From positions 1 to 33,018 of the forward strand of contig JBMORR010000003.1 in assembly GCA_049322595.1 (NCBI GenBank): a DNA stretch of 33,018 nucleotides, read 5' to 3'. Made by a program: the position numbers and the translations under genes. This DNA is from Patescibacteria group bacterium (GTDB lineage Bacteria; Patescibacteriota; Patescibacteriia; XYB2-FULL-38-15). A model generated the notes under the pieces. It was given only the letters and a program-made list of their open reading frames with translations. It had not been told where the DNA came from and searched no databases. Shown here in pieces: positions 10,689 through 19,392 of this stretch (the first letter of the stretch is position 1; every line of letters starts with the position of its first letter).

Positions 10689-13600
10689 ATGTTTTATAAA
10701 TCTTTTCGTTTTCTAATCATCTTCTTTGTCTTCACGGGGGGATTTTTTATTTTTGGAAAAAACTCTTTAGCGGCAACAAGTGGTGATGTGGTGATAAACG
10801 AAATTATGTGGATGGGCTCGACTGCCTCATCCGCCGACGAATGGATCGAATTAAAAAATACAACTAACTCTGATATTGATCTGAGCGGATGGACAATCGA
10901 TGGTGCCGGGACAAGCGGAGGTGCAATTACAATCACCGCTTCTTATACCATAATCCCGGCCCACGGATATTTTTTAATTTCCAATTATTCCGAAAATAAT
11001 GCGAGTTCCAAATTAGATGTCATTCCGAATTTAGTAACAACAAATATTTCTCTTCCTAACACACAATTACTATTAATTTTAAAAGATACAACTGGCGCAG
11101 AAATAGATCGCGCTGATGACGGGAGCGGACCTCCGCTTGCTGGCGACAATACAAATAAATATTCCATGGAAAGAAATGATGCGCCTGGCGATGGCTCATT
11201 GGCAACAAGCTGGCACACAGCGACGACTTCTAGCGGTTTTGATGCGGGCGCGATTGAAAGAGGCACACCATCGTCTACGACCCCACCGTCTCCCGCCCCA
11301 TTTTGTGGCGACGGATCCTGCGATGCTGGCGAAGATTGCGATACCTGCCCCGCCGATTGCCCCGCCCCTCCGCCGCCAACAACGGAAATAAATCATGGCG
11401 ATGTTGTTATTAACGAATTCGTTTCCGATCCGGCCGATGGCGAAGAATGGATTGAGCTTTTTAACAATAAAGGCGCTGATGTCAACTTAACTGGTTGGAT
11501 ATTGGAAGACGGAACTGGAACAATCACTACGCTCTCCGGCGCAATTGCGGCCAACGGATTTTATGTCGCCGAACTATCATCAAGTAAATTAAACAACTCT
11601 GGCGATATTATAAAATTAAAAAAACCCGACGGAACAATTATTAATCAGGTTGTTTATGGGGATTGGGATGACGGCAATGTCTCGGATAATGCTCCAAAAT
11701 CAAATGACCCAAATTCTGTAGCGCGAAAAACTGACGGCAACGATACTGAAAATGACCTTGCTGATTTTTTCGTAACAACAACTTTAACAAAAAATTCCGC
11801 AAACATAATTACCGCCCCGCCCGACGAAACAAGCGGTGGCGGTAGCACGCCAACCGAAACCACGCCATCGTCCCCTCCTTCCTGGCCAGTCGGCGCGCTT
11901 TTAATAAATGAATTTGTCGCCGACCCAGCCGATGGCGAAGTTGAATGGATTGAATTTTACAACCCTGGCTCGGCGGTAATAAATTTAAACAATTGGACTA
12001 TTGAAGACGGAAGTGAAACTACGACCGAACTTTCTAGTTCGGTCGGACCTCTTGGATTTTTTGTTTTAGAAAAACTAAAAGGAATTTTAAACAATTCCGG
12101 CGACGCGATAATTTTAAAAGATCCGGCTGGAGTTATCATTGACCAAATTTCTTATGGAAATTGGGACGACGGCGATACTTCGGACAATGCGCCGGTCGCG
12201 GACGATCCTGATTCTGTTGCCCGAAAAACTGATGGGCAAAACACCACCAATGATTTTAATGATTTTGTTATTACAACTCCCACGCGTGGAACCTCCAACG
12301 CCGACGGACTTCAACAAAACATAAACGGCGCTTACTCGCACGACATTATTGTGAACGAAATTTTACCAAATCCAAAGGGTGACGATAGTGATGGAGAATT
12401 TATTGAATTAAAAAATATCGGTACAACGAGTATTGATTTAACTGGCTGGAAAATTGGCGACGCAAGTTCAAAAAGATATACAGTCAAAGCAAGCGATTTT
12501 ACTTCAATAACCTTAAAGCCCAAAGAATTTTTTGTTCTTTATAGAAAGATAACCAACATTGCCTTAAATAATTCCGGGACCGAGTCAGCAAAAATCTTTT
12601 CGCCCGACGGAGCGCTTATCCATTCCGTTGAATATTCTGGAACAGCAGAAGAGGAGCAGTCTTTCTCTCGCGGCGAGGGCACGGATTATTTTTGGACCAC
12701 AACTCCAACACCGGGAAAAGAAAATATTATCACCCGCGAAAATCAAATTCCAACTGCCGTGATCTCCGCGCCAAGTGAAGCGGAAATCGGCGAGATAATA
12801 AACTTTGATGGATCTGATTCAACCGATCCGGATGGCGATGAATTAATTTTTTCTTGGAGTTTTGGAGATAGCACTGAGGCCGCCGACGCGAATGTAGCTC
12901 ACACTTATTCTAGGCCAGGGAAATACAAAATAATCTTAAATGCAAAAGATGCGACAGGCGCCACAGATACGGCCGAACAATATATTTTAATAACTGACCA
13001 AAAAAATGAAAATGGGACTATTCCGCCCGCCGAACAATTAATTTTTATCAATGAAATCCTCCCCAATCCCGAAGGATCAGACGATACCGAGTGGATTGAA
13101 ATTAAAAGCATTGATATTGAACCACTTGATCTTTCCGGCTGGAAACTTGACGACGACGAGGACGGCAGCCGGCCATACAAAATTCCCGATGGCACAATAA
13201 TTTCGCCTGGACAATTTTTGATCTTTAAAAAATCTGAAACAAAATTAGCTTTCAATAATACTTTTGATGCGGCGCGACTTTTGGATCTCGACGGAGAAAT
13301 ATTTTTTGAAACAAGTTATGACGAAGTTCCCGAAGGAGCGTCTTGGGCACGCGATGAATCGGGAAATTTTGAATGGACAACGCACCTTACGCCTGGCGAA
13401 GAAAATATTTTTGAATTTAAAGAAAAAGCAACGGCCAAAAAATTAACTTTTTCCAGTAAAAAATCAACGACTTTTACTTCTGTAACACTTGAAGATGTCC
13501 GAAATCTTGAATTGGGTGATGGCATGCGCGTCACGGGCCAAGTCATTGTTGAGCCAGGAGTTTTGGGTAGCCAAATTTTCTATATCGCCGATCCCGAGGG

Positions 13601-14204
13601 CTGTCCTGGAATACAGATATATATGTATAGCAAAAATTTTCCGGAATTGAAGTTGGGAGATCTTGTAGAAATTACCGGCATCTTAGCAGAGTCCGGCGGA
13701 GAAAAACGGATTAAAGTTTCCGATCAATCTGATATTAAAATTTTAGAAAACCAAGCACCGGCCTTGCGAACTCCAATTAAGCTTTCCGAAGTTGAAGAAG
13801 GACTGGAGGGGTGTTTGGTTTCTGCCGCTGGCGAAGTCACGGAAAAAAGCGGCAGCAATGTTTATTTTGCCGACGATGATGGAGAATTAAAAATTTATTT
13901 CAAATCAACTTTACCCTTTGAAAAACCCAATTTCAAAGTCGGCGATCAAATTGAAACTGTCGGAATTATAAGCCAAACCAAGACCGGCTTCCGGCTCTTG
14001 CCGCGTTATGAAAATGATATTGCAATAACAACGACCTCTCTAAAAAATAATTTATCGCTGTCTGACGCTTCGGGAAAAAGCGAAAAAGGAAATATTAATT
14101 TTTACCTCGGCGCGGCAACAGGAATTTTAGGATTAACTCTTGTCGGGATTGGAATAAAATCTGGAACTTTTGAAAATTGGTGGAAAAAGATAAAAGGAGT
14201 TTAG
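10689..14204 (+). CDS. Secreted, C-terminally anchored surface protein: 5 lamin-tail domains, PKD domain, OB-fold-like C-terminal modules
   Basis: 1171 aa with a signal peptide. Five LTD-like units each start with (V/I)INE(I/F) and contain EWIEL/F.N...(D/N)L(S/T/N)(G/N)W. The PKD-like segment reads INFDGSDSTDPDGDELIFSWSFGD...HTYSRPGKYKIILNAKD. A beta-rich region (GMRVTGQVIV...GDLVEITGIL...GDQIETVGII) resembles the OB modules of extracellular nucleases. A C-terminal TM helix follows. The gene has a strong SD (AAGGAGG). Confidence 0.85.
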   Translation: MFYKSFRFLIIFFVFTGGFFIFGKNSLAATSGDVVINEIMWMGSTASSADEWIELKNTTNSDIDLSGWTIDGAGTSGGAITITASYTIIPAHGYFLISNYSENNASSKLDVIPNLVTTNISLPNTQLLLILKDTTGAEIDRADDGSGPPLAGDNTNKYSMERNDAPGDGSLATSWHTATTSSGFDAGAIERGTPSSTTPPSPAPFCGDGSCDAGEDCDTCPADCPAPPPPTTEINHGDVVINEFVSDPADGEEWIELFNNKGADVNLTGWILEDGTGTITTLSGAIAANGFYVAELSSSKLNNSGDIIKLKKPDGTIINQVVYGDWDDGNVSDNAPKSNDPNSVARKTDGNDTENDLADFFVTTTLTKNSANIITAPPDETSGGGSTPTETTPSSPPSWPVGALLINEFVADPADGEVEWIEFYNPGSAVINLNNWTIEDGSETTTELSSSVGPLGFFVLEKLKGILNNSGDAIILKDPAGVIIDQISYGNWDDGDTSDNAPVADDPDSVARKTDGQNTTNDFNDFVITTPTRGTSNADGLQQNINGAYSHDIIVNEILPNPKGDDSDGEFIELKNIGTTSIDLTGWKIGDASSKRYTVKASDFTSITLKPKEFFVLYRKITNIALNNSGTESAKIFSPDGALIHSVEYSGTAEEEQSFSRGEGTDYFWTTTPTPGKENIITRENQIPTAVISAPSEAEIGEIINFDGSDSTDPDGDELIFSWSFGDSTEAADANVAHTYSRPGKYKIILNAKDATGATDTAEQYILITDQKNENGTIPPAEQLIFINEILPNPEGSDDTEWIEIKSIDIEPLDLSGWKLDDDEDGSRPYKIPDGTIISPGQFLIFKKSETKLAFNNTFDAARLLDLDGEIFFETSYDEVPEGASWARDESGNFEWTTHLTPGEENIFEFKEKATAKKLTFSSKKSTTFTSVTLEDVRNLELGDGMRVTGQVIVEPGVLGSQIFYIADPEGCPGIQIYMYSKNFPELKLGDLVEITGILAESGGEKRIKVSDQSDIKILENQAPALRTPIKLSEVEEGLEGCLVSAAGEVTEKSGSNVYFADDDGELKIYFKSTLPFEKPNFKVGDQIETVGIISQTKTGFRLLPRYENDIAITTTSLKNNLSLSDASGKSEKGNINFYLGAATGILGLTLVGIGIKSGTFENWWKKIKGV
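11391..12296 (+). repeat. Internal tandem duplication (LTD2/LTD3 units) within the LTD protein gene
   Basis: The two units share long stretches, for example YGDWDDGNVSDNAPKSNDPNSVARKTDGNDTEND versus YGNWDDGDTSDNAPVADDPDSVARKTDGQNTTND, and the similarity is also visible at the nucleotide level. Confidence 0.7.
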
Positions 14205-14213
14205 AAAACAAAA

Positions 14214-14245
14214 ACAGACCGGAAATTCCGGCCTGTTTTTGTTTA
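14214..14245 (+). terminator. Rho-independent terminator after the LTD gene
   Basis: CAGACCGG-AAATT-CCGGCCTG forms a stem (one mismatch), followed by TTTTTGTTT. Confidence 0.6.
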
Positions 14246-14394
14246 TTTTTCCTTAAGTATTGCCTTGATAAAAATCAGCGGTTTTGCTTTTAGAATATTA
14301 AATAATTGTAACCAAATCATATTAATTATTTGATTTTTAGCTTAAAAACCAACTGGTAAATATAACATATTTTCGCCCTTTTGTCAATGATCAA

Positions 14395-14423
14395 TTGACA
14401 GCCAAAAAATTCATTGTTATATT
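14395..14423 (+). promoter_or_regulatory. Sigma70-like promoter for tRNA-Gly
   Basis: TTGACA (14395-14400), a 17-nt spacer, then TATATT (14418-14423), about 25 nt before the tRNA. Confidence 0.45.
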
Positions 14424-14448
14424 TGTAGAATAAATTTCCGGTTAGCAA

Positions 14449-14520
14449 GCGGGCGTCGTATAGTGGCTATTATGTGTCCTTGCCAAGGACAAGACGGCAG
14501 TTCGATTCTGCTCGCCCGCT
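14449..14520 (+). tRNA. tRNA-Gly (anticodon GCC)
   Basis: The acceptor is GCGGGCG/CGCCCGC, the anticodon stem is TGTCC/GGACA with loop TTGCCAA, and the T-loop is TTCGATT. Confidence 0.9.
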
Positions 14521-14558
14521 TATTGATCGGAAGTCGCGACTATTAACTATTATAAACT

Positions 14559-15119
14559 ATGTCCGTAGAAACTTCCTGGTTTGAAGAAGAAAAAAGACGC
14601 GAAGAATCACTTAAAATAGAAGCCCCCAAAATTGCTGATGAGATTGAAGAGCGCGCCAAAAATGCCAGCCCCAAAATTAGGAAAGCGCTGGAATATTATG
14701 TTAAACGATTACGTAGTTCGGAAAACGCTATGTGGCTCGATAATCTCCAAAGATACGTAAAGCCAGATATCCTCAACCTGATAAATAATATAGATTGGGA
14801 TGGTCGTTATATTGTTGAAAGCTCCTATCCCGACTGGACAATTGATGACTTTAAAGAATTATACCGAAGATACTTTGATGAAGAGCCGGAAGTCTACGAA
14901 GAAGCTGAGGGAGTTCCGCTTGTTGAAAATGCCGAAGATGACTGGGTAAAAGAAAAATTGCAAGAAATAACATTAGAACAAAAAACTCTTTTAAAATTTC
15001 TTGAAGACGCCACTAATGAGAAAGAACGCGCAGAACTTATAAAGCAGATGGACGAAACTAATAAAAGGTGGGGTGATACATGGGATTTGTATAAAAAAAC
15101 CGTCAGAAAAATCCATTAA
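14559..15119 (+). CDS. Hypothetical acidic cytoplasmic protein
   Basis: 186-aa ORF with native-like composition and its own downstream terminator. I recognise no motif. Confidence 0.55.
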   Translation: MSVETSWFEEEKRREESLKIEAPKIADEIEERAKNASPKIRKALEYYVKRLRSSENAMWLDNLQRYVKPDILNLINNIDWDGRYIVESSYPDWTIDDFKELYRRYFDEEPEVYEEAEGVPLVENAEDDWVKEKLQEITLEQKTLLKFLEDATNEKERAELIKQMDETNKRWGDTWDLYKKTVRKIH

Positions 15120-15143
15120 AATCTAGGGCTATTTATATAACGT

Positions 15144-15169
15144 AAAAAAAGACCTTTGGGTCTTTTTTT
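15144..15169 (+). terminator. Rho-independent terminator
   Basis: AAAAAGACC-TTTG-GGTCTTTTT hairpin with a T-run. Confidence 0.6.
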
Positions 15170-15185
15170 GATATAATAATGTAAT

Positions 15186-16916
15186 ATGACAAATTTAGAA
15201 ATCGCCAAGATTTTTCGGGAAATGGCGGCGCTTTACGAAATGCAGGAAGTGCAATTTAAACCACGGGCTTACGAGCGAGTTGCGCGAAGCTTGGAATCCC
15301 TCGGGAAAAGCGTGGCAGATCTCTATCAAGAAAACGGCCCCAAGGGATTAGAAAAAATTCCCGGCGTGGGACGAGGTATAGCTTTGCATATTGAAGAACT
15401 TTTAAAAACCGGCGAACTCAAAATTTATAAAAAATTAAAAAAATCTTTACCTATAGATATTGATGAATTATTATCTGTTGAAGGCGTGGGGCCGAAAACC
15501 ATCCAAGTTTTGTACAAAAAATTAAAAATAAAAACCGTGGCTGATTTGGAAGCCGCGGCGCACGCAGGAAAAATTTCCAAACTCTCCCACTTCGGCGCCC
15601 AAAGCCAAGAAAAAATTTTACGCGGTCTTGAATTTTATAAAAAAAGTCACGGACGATTTTTGCTCGGACATATTTTGCCAATTGCAAGAGAAATTGAAAA
15701 TCGCCTCAGAAAAATTCCCGGCGTAGACAAAGTAGAAACTGCCGGATCAATCCGTCGCCGCCAGGAAACTATCGGTGACATTGATACATTAATCACCGCA
15801 AAACATCCGGAAAAAGTTATGGAAATTTTTACGCACATGCCCGAAGTTTCCGAGATTCTCTCAAGTGGTCCGACAAAAACTACTGTCCGCCTAAAGTTTG
15901 GAATCCAGGCCGATGTCCGCGTTCTTCCGCCCGAAGATTATGGCGCGGCATTGCAATATTTTACCGGCGATAAAAATCATAATATTGAAACAAGAAAAAT
16001 TGCTATCAAAAAAGGGTTGAAATTAAATGAGTATGGAATTTTTCGCGGAAAGAAAAAACTTGGCGGAAAAACCGAGGAAGAAATTTATAAAATTCTTGGA
16101 ATGAAATGGATGGAACCGGAACTTCGGACAGCAAGCGGCGAAATTGAAGCGGCACAAAAAGGAACTCTGCCAAAAATTATTGGCTACGATTCTATCCGCG
16201 GCGATTTGCACGTTCATACAAAATGGAGTGAGGGGTTAAATACAATTGAGGAAATGGCTCTTGCCGGAAAAAATCTAGGCTATGAATACATGGCAATTTC
16301 CGATCACGTCGGCACCCTGCGCATTGCCCACGCCATGGACGAAAAAAAAATTTTGCAACAAATTAAAGAGATTGATAAAATCAACGCCGAGTTTGCCAAG
16401 AAAAAAATCGGGATAAAAATTTTAAAAAGCGCGGAGACAAATATCTCCGCCGACGGCGATATTGATTTACCTCATAAAATTTTGGAAAAACTGGATATTG
16501 TTTTGGCCGGCGTGCATGATCATTTTAATTTACCCAAAGAAAAAATGACCGCGAGAATTATCCGCGCCATAAAACACCCAAACGTTAATATTATTGTCCA
16601 CCCGAACGGCCGAGTTATTTTCCAACGTCCGTCGTATGAAATTGATTTGGATAAAATTTTGAAAGCGGCAAAAGAGTTTGGCGTAGCCATGGAGATCAAC
16701 GCTTTTTTTGATCGATTAGATTTGCGCGATGAAGATATCAGAAAAGCTGTGGGCCTTGGCGTAAAAATGGTTATTAATACCGACGCGCATAATAAAAATC
16801 AATTGGACTTGATGGAGTACGGTGTCGCTCAGGCGCGGCGTGGTTGGGCAGAGAAAAAAGATATTTTAAATACTTGGCCGCTCGAAAAACTACTTGATTG
16901 GTTTAAAAAGAAGTGA
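15186..16916 (+). CDS. polX: Family X DNA polymerase with C-terminal PHP domain (PolX)
   Basis: 576 aa. The N-terminal region is Pol-beta-like (helix-hairpin-helix; GSIRRRQETIGDIDTLI nucleotidyltransferase motif). The C-terminal PHP motifs are GDLHVHTKWSEG, ISDH and NTDAH. Confidence 0.9.
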   Translation: MTNLEIAKIFREMAALYEMQEVQFKPRAYERVARSLESLGKSVADLYQENGPKGLEKIPGVGRGIALHIEELLKTGELKIYKKLKKSLPIDIDELLSVEGVGPKTIQVLYKKLKIKTVADLEAAAHAGKISKLSHFGAQSQEKILRGLEFYKKSHGRFLLGHILPIAREIENRLRKIPGVDKVETAGSIRRRQETIGDIDTLITAKHPEKVMEIFTHMPEVSEILSSGPTKTTVRLKFGIQADVRVLPPEDYGAALQYFTGDKNHNIETRKIAIKKGLKLNEYGIFRGKKKLGGKTEEEIYKILGMKWMEPELRTASGEIEAAQKGTLPKIIGYDSIRGDLHVHTKWSEGLNTIEEMALAGKNLGYEYMAISDHVGTLRIAHAMDEKKILQQIKEIDKINAEFAKKKIGIKILKSAETNISADGDIDLPHKILEKLDIVLAGVHDHFNLPKEKMTARIIRAIKHPNVNIIVHPNGRVIFQRPSYEIDLDKILKAAKEFGVAMEINAFFDRLDLRDEDIRKAVGLGVKMVINTDAHNKNQLDLMEYGVAQARRGWAEKKDILNTWPLEKLLDWFKKK

Positions 16917-16933
16917 TAGGATTTTAAAATCAC

Positions 16934-17016
16934 GCCCGGGTGGTGAAATGGTATACACGCAAGACTTAAAATCTTGTGACCGTAAGGTCGTGAGGGTTCG
17001 AGTCCCTCCCCGGGCA
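16934..17016 (+). tRNA. tRNA-Leu (anticodon UAA)
   Basis: The acceptor is GCCCGGG/CCCGGGC, the anticodon stem is CAAGA/TCTTG with loop CTTAAAA, and there is a long variable arm plus T-arm GAGGG-TTCGAGT-CCCTC. Confidence 0.9.
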
Positions 17017-17132
17017 TTTAAAAAAATTTTGGGCTTTGGCCTATTTTTTTATTTGCTTTTTTATTTTTTTTATTTTAATGTATAGCCGTAAGGGGGCCAA
17101 ACAATTTCGGCTCCGTAAGGGAGAAAAAGCCG

Positions 17133-17351
17133 ATGGGAGGATTGCGTGAACTTTCTGGCGAAGAGGCTCAGGGACCCTGCGGCGGGACTTGTCACCGCTG
17201 GCAGTATGTTGAGCCAATGCAGTGGCAATGGCATCTGTGTAGGGTTCTCATTGAATGCGTAAATTGCCACGGCGTTTACTGGTACCAGCTTTCGCCCAAA
17301 GAATGGCAACAATTCTTGCTTTACCTCGGTACACGCAAAAAGAGAAGCTGA
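17133..17351 (+). CDS. Small Cys/Trp-rich protein (72 aa), possible zinc-ribbon; GC-rich mini-islet
   Basis: GGGAG lies 9 nt upstream of the ATG, and a good terminator follows about 10 nt after the stop. Cys pattern is CGGTCH...C...CVNCH. An 80-aa ORF overlaps on the opposite strand but lacks these signals. A structured RNA cannot be excluded. Confidence 0.4.
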   Translation: MGGLRELSGEEAQGPCGGTCHRWQYVEPMQWQWHLCRVLIECVNCHGVYWYQLSPKEWQQFLLYLGTRKKRS

Positions 17352-17361
17352 TCGGTAAAAG

Positions 17362-17394
17362 CAGCGTGGGTCAAAAAGGCTACGCTGTTTTTTT
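17362..17394 (+). terminator. Rho-independent terminator after the small ORF
   Basis: CAGCGTGG...CTACGCTG forms an 8-bp stem (one G-U pair), followed by TTTTTTT. Confidence 0.6.
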
Positions 17395-17454
17395 ACCCCG
17401 CACCAATTTTAAAAATATCAAAAATTATTCCTAAATAATTGATGTAGGCGTTGG

Positions 17455-17483
17455 TTGTCAAAAAAATAAAAATAAGTTAAAAT
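17455..17483 (+). promoter_or_regulatory. Sigma70-like promoter for ruvB
   Basis: TTGTCA, a 17-nt spacer, then TAAAAT, about 25 nt upstream of the ATG. Confidence 0.5.
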
Positions 17484-17507
17484 TAGGGAATATTTAATCT
17501 CTATTTT

Positions 17508-18530
17508 ATGGTCGAAGAACGCGTAATTGAACCAAAAGAACAGACCGAAGACCAGACGTTTGATACAACGCTCCGGCCCAAGGTTTTATCTGAATATATT
17601 GGTCAAGAACAGATCAAAGAAAATCTGCAAATTTTTATTGGCGCGGCAAAAAAAAGAAACGAAACAATTGAACACGTCTTGCTTTATGGCTCGCCGGGCC
17701 TGGGTAAAACCACCCTTGCCCACGTTATCTCAAACGAAATGGGCGCACAGATGCGCGTTACTTCCGGTCCGGCAATTGAACGCGCCGGCGACCTCGCGGC
17801 GATTTTAACAAACCTCGGCGAAGGCGATATTTTATTTATTGATGAAATTCATCGACTTAACAAAGTGATTGAAGAAGTTTTATACCCAGCCATGGAAGAA
17901 TACGCCCTCGACCTAGTAATTGGCAAGGGTCCGGGAGCAAGAACTGTTCGGCTGAATTTACCGCGCTTCACAATTATTGGTGCAACGACAAAAGTCAGCA
18001 TGATTTCTTCTCCCCTTCGCGATCGTTTTGGGGCAACTTATCATTTGAATTTTTATGACAATACGGACATCGGAAAAATTATCGGCCGCAGCGCAAAAAT
18101 TTTGAACATTAAAATTGACGACGATGCTGTCGAACTTTTGGCCAACCGCGCAAGATGCACGCCGCGCGTTGCCAATCGTATTTTAAAACGCGTACGCGAT
18201 TATACCGAAGTTAAGGCAGATGGTATAATTACAAAAGAACTTGCAGGGGAAGCACTCAAAACGCTTGGTGTCGATCAGTTCGGATTGGATCAAATTGATC
18301 GCAGAATTTTAGAATCAATTATTAAAAAATTCCAGGGCGGACCGGTTGGTCTAAGTACGCTTTCCGCCGCTACCGGAGAGGAACAGGCTACGATTGAAGA
18401 AGTTTATGAACCATACCTCTTACAGCTCGGATTTATAAATCGCACGCCGCGGGGACGGGTTGCCACTGAAATAGCGTATAAACATTTAAATATAGACGTT
18501 CCAAAAAATTTACAAGAAAAGCTTATATAA
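17508..18530 (+). CDS. ruvB: Holliday junction branch-migration helicase RuvB
   Basis: 340 aa. It has [14 protein letters not shown], Walker [12 protein letters not shown], Walker [11 protein letters not shown], and [11 protein letters not shown]. This is the typical RuvB layout. Confidence 0.95.
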   Translation: MVEERVIEPKEQTEDQTFDTTLRPKVLSEYIGQEQIKENLQIFIGAAKKRNETIEHVLLYGSPGLGKTTLAHVISNEMGAQMRVTSGPAIERAGDLAAILTNLGEGDILFIDEIHRLNKVIEEVLYPAMEEYALDLVIGKGPGARTVRLNLPRFTIIGATTKVSMISSPLRDRFGATYHLNFYDNTDIGKIIGRSAKILNIKIDDDAVELLANRARCTPRVANRILKRVRDYTEVKADGIITKELAGEALKTLGVDQFGLDQIDRRILESIIKKFQGGPVGLSTLSAATGEEQATIEEVYEPYLLQLGFINRTPRGRVATEIAYKHLNIDVPKNLQEKLI

Positions 18531-18532
18531 AT

Positions 18533-18763
18533 ATGACTCTTTCCGTTTTTCTTACTGCTTATTATATTTTTCTCGGCCTCTTTATTTTATTTTCTCTTTT
18601 CGCTATCTATCACATGGCTCGCTTTGTCCCCCTCGGCTCCCTTGGGTTCTTCACAACTTATGTTTTTCTGGCGGGCGCGATAATAATTATTTTTATCACC
18701 TGGCAAGAAATTCAACAAATTGACTGGACTCAACCCTTCTTCACTCTAAACTTTTCTTTATGA
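18533..18763 (+). CDS. Small 2-TM membrane protein
   Basis: 76 aa with two hydrophobic helices. It starts 3 nt after the ruvB stop and overlaps the next gene by 4 nt (ATGA). Confidence 0.5.
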   Translation: MTLSVFLTAYYIFLGLFILFSLFAIYHMARFVPLGSLGFFTTYVFLAGAIIIIFITWQEIQQIDWTQPFFTLNFSL

Positions 18764-19326
18764 GTATTTATGTAAAAAAATTTATCGCCCAGAAGTCTTA
18801 CGAAAAAATAATTTATTTTTTGCGACGGGACACTATTGTTTTTATTAAACAATTAATCCTTTTTATTTTTCTGTTAGCGATCCCTGTCGGCCTTTACTTC
18901 TTCTTCCAAAATACTTTCCCTTCACTTTTTCAAAACACAATCATATATCCGCTTCTCGTTCTCCTCGCCGGCGTTTATTATTTAACCGTCTGGCTCGTGG
19001 CTTTTACTGCCTTTATTGACTATTATTTAGATTTTTGGGTTGTCACCAATGACAGAATAATTAACGTGGAACAACGGCTTTTTTCGCGGACAACTTCCGA
19101 ATTAGATCTTTATAAAATTCAAGATGTCACTGGCCAAAGCAAGGGGTTTTTACAAACCATGTTTGATTACGGAAATGTTTATGTCCAAACCGCTGGAGCA
19201 ACTGGGCGTTTTAATTTTGAGGAAGTTCCGGGCCCTCGAGAAGTAGCAAGTAGAATTATTGCCCTAGCCGAAGAAGATAGAAAATATCATATAAAAGAAT
19301 CCCACCCAACCGGCGGAACTGTTTAA
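18760..19326 (+). CDS. Membrane protein with bacterial PH (bPH_2/YdbT-like) domain
   Basis: 188 aa. Two TM helices are followed by WVVTNDRIINVEQRLFSRTTSELDLYKIQDV...GNVYVQTAG, which is typical of the bPH_2 family. Confidence 0.65.
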   Translation: MSIYVKKFIAQKSYEKIIYFLRRDTIVFIKQLILFIFLLAIPVGLYFFFQNTFPSLFQNTIIYPLLVLLAGVYYLTVWLVAFTAFIDYYLDFWVVTNDRIINVEQRLFSRTTSELDLYKIQDVTGQSKGFLQTMFDYGNVYVQTAGATGRFNFEEVPGPREVASRIIALAEEDRKYHIKESHPTGGTV

Positions 19327-19342
19327 AAAAATTTAAAACTTA

Positions 19343-19373
19343 AAACACTCGCTTTAAGACGAGTGTTTTTTTA
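19343..19373. terminator. Bidirectional terminator between convergent genes
   Basis: ACACTCG-CTTTAAGA-CGAGTGT hairpin flanked by an A-run on one side and a T-run on the other. Confidence 0.6.
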
Positions 19374-19392
19374 TTTTCCTAATTTAGAGAGG

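Noticed and set aside
10694-13546. Many 60-116-aa ORFs on both strands inside 10689-14204.
   Set aside because: All are embedded in the long, domain-rich LTD protein ORF and have no independent signals.
17070-17312. 80-aa minus-strand ORF in GC-rich islet 2.
   Set aside because: It has no SD and no terminator in that orientation. The plus-strand 72-codon ORF has both. Coding status of the region remains uncertain.
17133-17351. c-type cytochrome, because of the CxxCH and CxxxCH motifs.
   Set aside because: There is no signal peptide or TM anchor, and no cytochrome maturation context. Short Cys motifs arise easily in a GC-rich 72-aa ORF.
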